The notes beneath the pieces were generated by a model, which worked only from the letters and a program-made list of their open reading frames with translations, searched no databases and had not been told where the DNA came from. The translations under genes and the position numbers were made by a program. From an uncultured Candidatus Saccharibacteria bacterium (GTDB lineage Bacteria > Patescibacteriota > Minisyncoccia > UBA6257 > WO2-44-18), in contig CAZJFE010000003.1 of assembly GCA_964545345.1 (NCBI GenBank), positions 1 through 44,096 on the forward strand: DNA of 44,096 nt. Reading direction: 5' to 3'. Of the stretch, positions 36,517-44,096 are shown in pieces. Each line of letters opens with the position of its first letter. Within the stretch, counting starts at the first letter, position 1.

Positions 36517-36545
36517 AAGTACCAAGGGCCAAGAGCCCAAGGGTC

Positions 36546-37391
36546 TTAGGAGTTGCGGACGGCGAGGACCCGGCAGCCCGCATCCCAGCCGCCGCCACAC
36601 CAGCCCAGGCCCAGCCCGCGCGCGCCGCCGAAGCACAGGCACGGCACGCCGCGGCGACCGCCCGAGCCCCGCCAGGTCTGGCCGAGAGCAACGATCGGGT
36701 TCTCCTTCTGCCGGTTGGGATGATCCAATCCCAGCGAAAGGAGAGCGACGGGCTTGGCCGCCTTGAGCTTCAGGACCTTCATCATCTTCAGGATGTCCTT
36801 GGTGCTGGCGTCACGGCCCATGCTCACCAAGACGAGTTCCTGCTTCTTGGCAGAGCCCTTCTTGGCCGGGTAGTTCTTGCTGGTCACGGCCTCATTGGCC
36901 CAGGCCAGCTTGTTCGCCTTGACCAGCTCGTCGACCGAGAGATCATGACGCACACCCACTTCCAGCACTTCGGTCTTCACGTCCCGCATCGGGATCGCCG
37001 CGAGGGCCGCTCGGCAGAAGGACTTGAGGCCCTTCCACTTCTTGTCGCTGGGGGCGTTCTGGATGATATATTCCAGATCGTCCTCTTGGGCGAACTGCGT
37101 GATCATACGACCGAAGTTCTTCTTGAAGCTCTCGAAATCATGCAGTTTGGCCTGGATCTCCTTGGGAAGCTTATCGCTTTCCCAGAAGTTCTTCTCTTCC
37201 CCATGCTTGCCGCCTTTGCAAAGCGAGCCCCAGATGTTGTCGATGGCGTGATGGCCAAGGAAATCATTGTCCTTCAGACCCTCCAGCATCTCACGGCCGC
37301 GCTCGGAAAAGACTTCATCGTCGGTAAGGAAAAAGACTGTCTTCTTGCTACCCTTAGCCTCAACTTCTTTCCAGCTGACGAATTCGCACAT
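36546..37391 (-). CDS. DGR target protein 2
   Basis: Ends in VR2 (...WDAGCRVLAVRNS); AAGGAGG RBS before ATG 37391. Confidence 0.92.
   Translation of the reverse strand: MCEFVSWKEVEAKGSKKTVFFLTDDEVFSERGREMLEGLKDNDFLGHHAIDNIWGSLCKGGKHGEEKNFWESDKLPKEIQAKLHDFESFKKNFGRMITQFAQEDDLEYIIQNAPSDKKWKGLKSFCRAALAAIPMRDVKTEVLEVGVRHDLSVDELVKANKLAWANEAVTSKNYPAKKGSAKKQELVLVSMGRDASTKDILKMMKVLKLKAAKPVALLSLGLDHPNRQKENPIVALGQTWRGSGGRRGVPCLCFGGARGLGLGWCGGGWDAGCRVLAVRNS
36553..36677 (-). repeat. DGR variable repeat VR2
   Basis: Versus TR: 27 A->G, 2 A->C, 1 T->G, no gaps. Confidence 0.96.
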
Positions 37392-37458
37392 CGGAGCCCC
37401 TCCTTGTTTGGGTTTTTCAGTTTTTATCCATCGCATGATGGATTTGTGAACTGCCGTA

Positions 37459-37487
37459 AATATAGCAGAATTGAGCTAAAAAGTCAA
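37459..37487 (-). promoter_or_regulatory. Sigma70-type promoter of target 2
   Basis: TTGACT-17-TATATT with TGn extension. Confidence 0.7.
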
Positions 37488-37520
37488 GGGGATGAAATTC
37501 ACAAAATAATAACTACCCCC

Positions 37521-37556
37521 TACTAAAATCCCCGGGGTGCCCCGGGGATTTTAGTA
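37521..37556. terminator. Long inverted repeat, probable terminator
   Basis: Perfect 17-bp arms TACTAAAATCCCCGGGG/CCCCGGGGATTTTAGTA around a 2-nt centre, directly after a stop codon. Confidence 0.75.
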
Positions 37557-37763
37557 CTACTTTTTGCGCCGATTATAAGGCGGCTGGTTCGGAGGATCAA
37601 GGCTGATCCTCTTCTGAGAAGCCATATTGCTTACAGCAGCAGGAGTCCTGCCAAGCTTTAGGCTAATAACACGAGTGGGGGTATTTCCAAGAGCAAGATC
37701 GCGTAGCTTAGAAACCTCGCCAGGAGTCCACTGTTTACCAGAATTTCTATTATATTTTGCCAT
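37557..37763 (-). CDS. Small basic HTH/Myb-like protein
   Basis: KQWTPGEVSKL...ISLKLGRTPAAV pattern. Confidence 0.7.
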   Translation of the reverse strand: MAKYNRNSGKQWTPGEVSKLRDLALGNTPTRVISLKLGRTPAAVSNMASQKRISLDPPNQPPYNRRKK

Positions 37764-37794
37764 TTGAATTTTTTATTTACAATCTTTGACCGAG

Positions 37795-37822
37795 CGTTCC
37801 GGCAGCGGCCGCTGCCGGAACG
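37795..37822. repeat. Perfect 28-bp palindrome
   Basis: CGTTCCGGCAGCGG|CCGCTGCCGGAACG. Confidence 0.9.
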
Positions 37823-37836
37823 ACCCAGCTAGCAAG

Positions 37837-38115
37837 TTACAAGAACTTACGCTTGTGCAGCCAGTTCAGGCCATCACTCTCGTTGATCTTCCCATACCAA
37901 TCGCCTTGGAGCCGAAAAACGACTATTTCGTCATTGGCGTCTAAAGCGTAGGGACTGATCAAGTCATACACCTGCTTAGCAGATAATGGGGTCTCCACGA
38001 GCCAAGCAGAAGTAGTGTGATGCCAGTAAGTACCAGAGATACTCTCAATTGCCTTATAAAGGCGTGAATATTCCTGGCCCGGCCGATGCAGCGAGTAAGA
38101 AATGAGGTGAGTCAT
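37837..38115 (-). CDS. Small Cas2/VapD-like (ferredoxin-fold) protein
   Basis: LISYSL...GQEYSRLYKAI...SAWLV...DEIVV pattern. Confidence 0.55.
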   Translation of the reverse strand: MTHLISYSLHRPGQEYSRLYKAIESISGTYWHHTTSAWLVETPLSAKQVYDLISPYALDANDEIVVFRLQGDWYGKINESDGLNWLHKRKFL

Positions 38116-38386
38116 TTTGTTTACTTAACTAGATTGTCTTATGAGGGGCTTAACTGGTAGACTACAACCGTACAGTATCCGCCCTAAGAACCACTCGACT
38201 TTTAGCGAGCCCGCGAGCCTGCTAGTCCAGGCAATACGAGTCCCGCTGTGGCCTAGGCGGTGGGATAAGATTAAGCCCCCAAGAAACCGTCCCGATGGGG
38301 CGGTTTCTTGGTTGTTCAATCTCTTTGTGATTATATTTGTAGTCATAGTCAGCTTACTTTGCTTAAATAATAATAAAAATTTTTTA

Positions 38387-39070
38387 CTAGGTCAATGCCG
38401 GATATAGAAGATCTAGCCGGGCCTTTGCGGCGGCCGGGTTCACGTTAAAAACTTCGGCAAGAATCTCAATAGCTCGACTTCTCAGTGAAGGATCCAAGAC
38501 CTTAAGCTCAAACGGTCCCCCGGTTGAAAGTAGCCCGGCTATCGACTTTTCTACTAAATCGCTCGGGAGAAGCAAGCTTCCAATCGCTTGATTAGCCTGA
38601 TATTCCCACCATTTACCATCATAGCCAGTTCTTAGAACGTCAGAACTTTCATTCTCCCGACATAGAATCTTGGGCTCATCCAGACCGTCAACAAAAAGTG
38701 CCTTGGGTTTCTTACCAAGTACGAATAGATGGCCCTGGAAGAGGGCGTGTCCGGCCTCGTGAGCTAGCGTTGTGCGAATCCGGCGCTCTGAGCTTAAGGA
38801 TCCGTCTTCATCTAAAGATCGGGCTACAACCACTTCTTCTAATCCACGCTTACCGAAACGAGAAAACCCCAGCACCCCCTCCGGCATATCAATATATTGA
38901 TGGACAACGCCGAATCTTTTTTCTATAAAGCGATCGATGCGAACTGGGGCGGGCTTGTCGGGCAATAATCCAACCATCCGTAATTCATTGGAGCATGTTC
39001 TTTCAATCTCGTCCTGTTTATAAAAAGGCCGTGTTTGAAATGGACCAGATTTTGCTCTCAATGTATGCAT
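38387..39070 (-). CDS. ImmA/IrrE family metallopeptidase
   Basis: RIRTTLAHEAGH and EYQANQAIGSLLLP. Confidence 0.9.
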   Translation of the reverse strand: MHTLRAKSGPFQTRPFYKQDEIERTCSNELRMVGLLPDKPAPVRIDRFIEKRFGVVHQYIDMPEGVLGFSRFGKRGLEEVVVARSLDEDGSLSSERRIRTTLAHEAGHALFQGHLFVLGKKPKALFVDGLDEPKILCRENESSDVLRTGYDGKWWEYQANQAIGSLLLPSDLVEKSIAGLLSTGGPFELKVLDPSLRSRAIEILAEVFNVNPAAAKARLDLLYPALT

Positions 39071-39417
39071 TAATTTTTATTACTTTTCCTTGCCTTGTCG
39101 GCGAGCTTTATTAATTCCTCTGGGGTAACGCCCTCGTCTATCACTTTTCGGAAAGCAAGACCGTACCCAGGATTCTTTTTCGTCGCCTCCTTCATGCCTT
39201 CAATAGGTGGCCGATTATCATATTCCTTGAGCTTTTCTAAGCTAATCCCGAGTACGCGGGCCATGTCCGCCAATACCTCATCGGATGGATAGCGACGCCC
39301 GAGTTCGATATCGGAAAGAAAGGCTGCGGAGAGATCACCGAGCTTCTCGCCGAACTCGCGCAAGGACAAATCCTTACCGTCTCTCAGCTCACGTATAAAT
39401 TCTCCCAGAGTCTTCAT
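39070..39417 (-). CDS. XRE family HTH regulator
   Basis: LSLREFG...SAAFLSDIELGRRYPS; TAATG coupling to the ImmA gene. Confidence 0.92.
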   Translation of the reverse strand: MKTLGEFIRELRDGKDLSLREFGEKLGDLSAAFLSDIELGRRYPSDEVLADMARVLGISLEKLKEYDNRPPIEGMKEATKKNPGYGLAFRKVIDEGVTPEELIKLADKARKSNKN

Positions 39418-39525
39418 ACTAGTAAGCTTACAGCATTACAGATTAGGAGTCAATGCCCAATGTAGGTAATATGTTTATAACAAAACATAGAAGACTCTCG
39501 GTCTCTCGATAAAAAGTTTCAAGTG

Positions 39526-39612
39526 CGGAGGCGGAAGGATTCGAACCTTCGGAACCCTTTCGGGTTCAACGCATTAGCAGTGCGCTGCTTTCGGCCACTC
39601 AGCCACGCCTCC
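39526..39612 (-). tRNA. tRNA-Ser(GCT)
   Basis: GGAGGCG/CGCCTCC acceptor, GCGCA-CTGCTAA-TGCGT anticodon arm, long variable arm. Confidence 0.97.
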
Positions 39613-39817
39613 ATAAATATTTATTTTCTCGGCAGAGCCTCAATCAAAAATCAGAGGAGTCGCGTCTGCCAGGGTTGCCTTTGCAACCCGCCCAGCCGAG
39701 CTGGGCCCACGCCTCCAAACTTTATATATAATACCAGCATTTTAGGGAAAATCCAATTGCTTTAGTTACAACGATAATAGTATATTGCAGTCAGTTATTT
39801 GATTGGTAAGGAGAATA

Positions 39818-40561
39818 ATGTTCCACCCGAATGGTCCGAGCTTGAAGGAATTGATTAAGCAAGCGCTGTCGTCCACGAAAGAGGGATATGACCAACTGGC
39901 TCCTAAATTTGATTACACTCCGTTTCTAACACCGAAACAGCTCGTTGATCAGGTGGTAAAATATCTCACCGAAGATGCCGACAGCAAACCCATCAATACG
40001 CACGAGTTCAATTCCACGATTGATCTCTGCACCGGCACCGGAGCGGGCGTGGAAGGATTGATTCCAATCGTCAGTAACGAGATAGTCGGCGTGGACTGGA
40101 GCGAACCAATGCTAGCGGAGGCGAAAAAGAAATTCGCCGGCGTGACTAAGCCAAGAATTCGTTTTGTCTGCGAGAATATCTTTAAAATTAATTATCCGGA
40201 AAAGTTTGATCTGGTTACTTGCTTTGGGGCGCTGGGTCACATTGAAAAGAGTCGGCAGAAAGAGTTTGTTGATCTAATCTATCGCCTGCTGAAGCCCGGC
40301 GGACGATTCGCTTTCGTTACTGCTGATAAGCCGAAGTGGTATCAGCCGAGCGCCTGGCCGTATTTCATCTTTGACGCGGTGATGAAGGTTAGAAATTGGG
40401 CGATCAAACCGGAGTTCGTGATGTATTACATTAATTTCCTTCTGCCGGACGCCCTCCGCTTGTTTCGCATTAGCGATTGGACCATCACGCTAGTTGCTCC
40501 TCTAGAGATTAATGGGAGGAGCACCTCGGCCAAACTCGTGGTTGTTCAAAAAGACATTTAA
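39818..40561 (+). CDS. Class I SAM-dependent methyltransferase
   Basis: IDLCTGTG, GVDWSEPML, LLKPGGRF; AAGGAG RBS. Confidence 0.92.
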   Translation: MFHPNGPSLKELIKQALSSTKEGYDQLAPKFDYTPFLTPKQLVDQVVKYLTEDADSKPINTHEFNSTIDLCTGTGAGVEGLIPIVSNEIVGVDWSEPMLAEAKKKFAGVTKPRIRFVCENIFKINYPEKFDLVTCFGALGHIEKSRQKEFVDLIYRLLKPGGRFAFVTADKPKWYQPSAWPYFIFDAVMKVRNWAIKPEFVMYYINFLLPDALRLFRISDWTITLVAPLEINGRSTSAKLVVVQKDI

Positions 40562-40603
40562 AAAAATCGCCCCCGAATTTCGGGGGCTTTGTTTTTTGTT
40601 GTA

Positions 40604-40993
40604 TTACTCAGTAGAACTCACTCTCGTGAGTACTTCCTTATAACCTTCCACGACGTTCTTGAGAATGTTGGAATCGTCCACCATTCTTTGGAGCTTCTGA
40701 TTGATCGCGGAGATGCTCAGTGCGATAGTCTGTCGGCAGTGCGCGCAATTCCGGAGATGTTCCTGAACTTCCGCCATCATCGCCTCATCCGGCTTGAACT
40801 GGGGATCTCTGGACGCGGGATCCACCAGATCAGCAGACAGGGTATCCATCATTGCGGTGCAGATAGCCAACGCCACTCTCGGAAGAATCGTTTCCATCCT
40901 GCCTCCTCCTTCTCTGTAAAGCTCTATCGCGACACAGCGAATTTTATTCTTAGAGCGAGGCGTGAGGATTGGAGAATAGAAATCTATCTCCAA
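40604..40993 (-). CDS. Hypothetical protein with HLRNCAHC zinc-finger-like motif
   Basis: Motif seen. Start uncertain; an alternative at METILP has an AGGAGGAGG RBS. Confidence 0.55.
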   Translation of the reverse strand: MEIDFYSPILTPRSKNKIRCVAIELYREGGGRMETILPRVALAICTAMMDTLSADLVDPASRDPQFKPDEAMMAEVQEHLRNCAHCRQTIALSISAINQKLQRMVDDSNILKNVVEGYKEVLTRVSSTE

Positions 40994-41281
40994 TCCTCAC
41001 AACAAAGCTATCAGATAAAATTTGCGTGTCCCGTGAGCGGGTTGCGGGATAAATTACCGAATAACGGCGTCATTCGTCGTTATCGTATCCCGATACAATT
41101 GCCTCCTCATTCCTTGTTCTCGGTAATTTCTCCCCGCAACGCGAAGAGAGTTTACAGAGAAGGAGGAGGCTGCTCCTCAGTTGTTTTGGTATCAGTCCAA
41201 GTGGGCTGAACCGCTTTTCAATGTTGTCGGTATTATAGCAAGAATCCTAAAATTTTGCAACTCTAAAGAAAAAACCGCTGG

Positions 41282-42595
41282 TTAGGCGGTTTTGAAGTTG
41301 GTGATATCATAAGCCATTGTGCCGTGCCGGCTTTCCAGAAAGTAGGGACGGTCTTGGAAGTAGCCGCCAATCTTACTAATCGTTTTTGGGAGTATGATCA
41401 CCGGAAGGTCGTTGGTCTCAACATCAATCTGAATTTGTCTTCTCTGGCCATCTTTCATCAGCGGCCCGTTCTTACCAATCAGAACCCGTTTAGCTCTGAT
41501 CTTTGTGGCGAAGTTCTTCAGAAAACGGAACAAGCAGGACCGCACCGCTCTCTTTCGCGGCCGGGAATATATTCTTTCCGAATCAATATCAATTGAATCA
41601 GCAATCAGATCAGCGGTGCCATCTTCGTTGGGTGTAAGAAAAAGCCATGCCTGTCCGACCACTCCCCACCCCTTTTCCGAAATTTCCGCCACCTGAATTC
41701 CTTTATCAATCAGAAATTCCAGGATTCCGGCCGGATATTTTTTGTAGTCAACATCATCCAACGGCAGTTCGGGAGCCGGATAGACACCGCGCTTTCCTAT
41801 CGCGATGCAGCAGCCACTCCAGTTACCCTGGAAAATATCCCGTTGCGGGATCCGTTCCCAAAGCTTAACCGTATACTGTTTAAGACTGCCCTCTCCAGCC
41901 AATGCCCGGAAGATATCATGTATCCCCCAATAAACCTGGTTAGTTCCATCCACCGGGTCGATTATTTTCTTACCCTTTTTCTTGAGGTAGGAAAAGGTTT
42001 TATTGAAAGTCGGAAAAAATGGGCTTTCTTTCGATATAGGGAGATTAATCTTCCCCTTCTTGAGCTCTTTCTTATTTTTCCTGATACCCATCACGTCCTT
42101 CGCGATACTGCGCTGAAGGTTACTGCCAATATAGCCGGTTATTAAGGCGGCGAGCTTTTTTTCCAGTTCTTCCCACAGCTCATCAACCTTGGATGGGTCA
42201 TATTCCAGCAGATCTTCCGTTTCCGAAAGCGTGGTGTAAATCCAGTAAAAATAATCAATCCCGTGATTTAGAAATTCATGCTTACTCTTTAGGTTGTGGT
42301 CAGCGACTGCATTCCAGAATGAGTCTGCCGGATCTCCCATGCTGATCAAATTCTGAAAATCTTGTTTAACTAGAATGGCTTGAAGAATCTTGAAAAAAAG
42401 TCTTTGGGTGGAAGATGACTCCTTGCTTAGCGCCTTCATGTGATTCAAAAAAAGTTTGGCGGGTAGTTGGAGTCCTTCACCGTTTTTCGCGCAAAATTCC
42501 AGAAACTCCCTCATGCCCCACGGACTGGAAATACGGTCTAAGATTTTCCCTACTCTGAGGCCATCCAGAATCCCGTCATCCGTGTCTTGGACCAA
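41282..42595 (-). CDS. Hypothetical protein
   Basis: 437-aa ORF with QGNWSGCCIA motif; no family recognised. Confidence 0.7.
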   Translation of the reverse strand: MVQDTDDGILDGLRVGKILDRISSPWGMREFLEFCAKNGEGLQLPAKLFLNHMKALSKESSSTQRLFFKILQAILVKQDFQNLISMGDPADSFWNAVADHNLKSKHEFLNHGIDYFYWIYTTLSETEDLLEYDPSKVDELWEELEKKLAALITGYIGSNLQRSIAKDVMGIRKNKKELKKGKINLPISKESPFFPTFNKTFSYLKKKGKKIIDPVDGTNQVYWGIHDIFRALAGEGSLKQYTVKLWERIPQRDIFQGNWSGCCIAIGKRGVYPAPELPLDDVDYKKYPAGILEFLIDKGIQVAEISEKGWGVVGQAWLFLTPNEDGTADLIADSIDIDSERIYSRPRKRAVRSCLFRFLKNFATKIRAKRVLIGKNGPLMKDGQRRQIQIDVETNDLPVIILPKTISKIGGYFQDRPYFLESRHGTMAYDITNFKTA

Positions 42596-42645
42596 TTTTC
42601 ACCTATGTTGTTAAAAACCTGCCCATATAATATAATTTTTCCGCT

Positions 42646-43875
42646 ATGAATGCAAGCGTTATCAGAAAAATTAAAGAGGCGCCGAGCGATCCGGGAGTTT
42701 ACACCTTCTATGCCGGCCAAACCGTCCTATATATAGGAAAGGCGGCTAATTTGAAAAACCGGCTTAAATCCTACTTGCCCGCCTCTGGAGGGTTAAAAAT
42801 CACCGATCTGAAGACTCAGTCACTCCATGAGGAGGCGGACAATTTGGAATACAAAGTTTTGCGTTCTGATATTGAAGCGTTGATAGAAGAATCCCGGCTG
42901 ATTAAATCTTTGAAGCCGAAGTACAATGTTTTGTGGATGGATGACAAATCTTATCACTATGTCTACTTCACAAAAGAAGTTTACCCAAAGATTTTTGTTG
43001 GGCATAAAAATCCTCCTCGTCGTTTGTTGTCAGTTGTTAGTTATTCCGGGATTGGCCCCTTCACCGACGGAAGCGCTTTACGGATCGTTTTGAAATTACT
43101 CCGCAGGCCATTCCCCTACTGCACTTGTTTCCAACTTCATTTGCGGGATTGTCTAAACGCGCAGATTGGGAAATGTTTTGGGTTTTGTTGCAAAAGATTA
43201 ACCAACGACGAACAACTTACGACTAATGATGATTACAAGAAAAACATCAGGGCGATTAAGATGGTTTTAAATGGGCGCGGGAAGAAGCTGCTGGAGTCGC
43301 TGAAGGATGAAAAGGAGCGGTGGGCGCTGGAGAGAATTTTTGAACACAAAGAATTTCTAAACAATGACGTCATTAGACCTTCGGAATTGGATATTCAAAA
43401 AATAGAGTGTTACGACAATTCCAATTTCGCCGGAAAAGAAGCGGTTGGGGCGATGACAACACTAACAAGAAACGACAAACGACAAACGACTAACGACGGC
43501 TGGACGACAGACAAAAACCAGTGGCGGAAATTCAAAATTAAAAGCACGCCGACTCGCGACGACCCAAGAATGATTGAGGAAATTTTGAGTCGTCGCTTAA
43601 ATCATCCGGAATGGCCGTATCCCGATTTGATTGTGATTGATGGAGGCATTACGCAGTATCGGGCGGCGAAACGAGTACTTGACGAGTTTCATAAACGACA
43701 CACAACTAACAACATACGACTCGTGTCGTATGCCAAGCCGCAGAGAAAAATAATCGGTATGTCTGAAGCTCCGCGCGAGCTTCAGGAGTTAATTGAGCGG
43801 ATTATACATCAGACTCACAACTTCGTGATCCGCTATCACCGTCAGGTTCGTGAGCGAGAGTTTATTCCGAGATAA
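42646..43875 (+). CDS. uvrC: Short UvrC-like excinuclease (GIY-YIG plus RNase H-like domain)
   Basis: PGVY...LYIGKA, KPKYN, IECYDNS, PDLIVIDGG; no C-terminal HhH domain. Confidence 0.88.
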   Translation: MNASVIRKIKEAPSDPGVYTFYAGQTVLYIGKAANLKNRLKSYLPASGGLKITDLKTQSLHEEADNLEYKVLRSDIEALIEESRLIKSLKPKYNVLWMDDKSYHYVYFTKEVYPKIFVGHKNPPRRLLSVVSYSGIGPFTDGSALRIVLKLLRRPFPYCTCFQLHLRDCLNAQIGKCFGFCCKRLTNDEQLTTNDDYKKNIRAIKMVLNGRGKKLLESLKDEKERWALERIFEHKEFLNNDVIRPSELDIQKIECYDNSNFAGKEAVGAMTTLTRNDKRQTTNDGWTTDKNQWRKFKIKSTPTRDDPRMIEEILSRRLNHPEWPYPDLIVIDGGITQYRAAKRVLDEFHKRHTTNNIRLVSYAKPQRKIIGMSEAPRELQELIERIIHQTHNFVIRYHRQVREREFIPR

Positions 43876-44007
43876 AAAAATACACCAACAGACCCGCTCT
43901 ATTGGTGCTAAGTGTCCCCTGACGGGGTCCAAGGATGTGGGATACCTCGTGACTCTACGGGGTTGGTCCAGAGTCGTTTCTCCGAGTACAGCCCACAACA
44001 CACTTGT
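43874..44007 (-). ncRNA. Candidate standalone structured small RNA
   Basis: TTGACA-16-TATAAT promoter with TGn at 44014-44041, nested stems, terminal hairpin plus T7; no credible ORF. Confidence 0.55.
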
Positions 44008-44096
44008 AGGGGCATTATAGCAAACCCACAGAATTTGTCAAGTACCTCCAAGAATAGGCCTGTTTTGTTATAATGTTTAGATGGTTAGGATTTTGA

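Larger units (their letters stand above)
25001..39528. mobile_element. tRNA-Ser(GCT)-integrated genomic island (~14.5 kb) with serine recombinase, terminase genes and a DGR
   Basis: Abuts the tRNA 3' end; tRNA 3'-end copies at 25001 (5 bp) and 24813 (13 bp); phage-like and defence-like cargo. Confidence 0.8.

Noticed and set aside
36720-37526. 268-aa plus-strand ORF and similar shadow ORFs (14215-14721, 9078-9680, 6998-7549)
   Set aside because: Antisense to better-supported genes that have RBS or family motifs; typical shadow frames.
37837-38115. CRISPR-Cas locus suggested by the Cas2-like ORF
   Set aside because: No repeat-spacer array, cas1 or effector genes were seen in the window.
25001-39528. 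Complete prophage
   Set aside because: No portal, capsid, tail, lysis or replication genes were recognised.
42778-42793. Near-palindrome CCCGCCTCTGGAGGG encoding PASGG in uvrC, a possible REP-like insertion
   Set aside because: Short, imperfect and only loosely similar to one other hairpin (15661-15676); not enough support without an ortholog alignment.

Overview
Bacterial chromosomal window with a Patescibacteria/CPR-like look (inference from many short orphan membrane ORFs, tRNA-Arg(GCG) and the DGR target type). It carries housekeeping genes (DEAD-box helicase, bcp, GuaB-like, groEL/groES, ddl, UvrC-like) and four tRNAs. The main feature is a ~14.5-kb island at the 3' end of tRNA-Ser(GCT) (~25001-39528). 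The island encodes a HEPN protein, a ParB-methyltransferase, small and large terminase with no recognisable portal or capsid, a large serine recombinase, an XRE/ImmA pair and a complete two-target diversity-generating retroelement (DGR). The DGR has two oddities. Its avd gene is inverted between TR and RT. By hand alignment, 50 of 52 adenine substitutions in the two VRs are A->G, with none A->T. Two tRNAs are each followed by a related ~188-bp structured module ending in a copy of the tRNA 3' end. Also present: a 121-bp MITE inserted at a start codon, a dispersed 7-mer repeat family with in-frame copies in uvrC, and a candidate standalone ncRNA. All calls are by eye; no searches were run.
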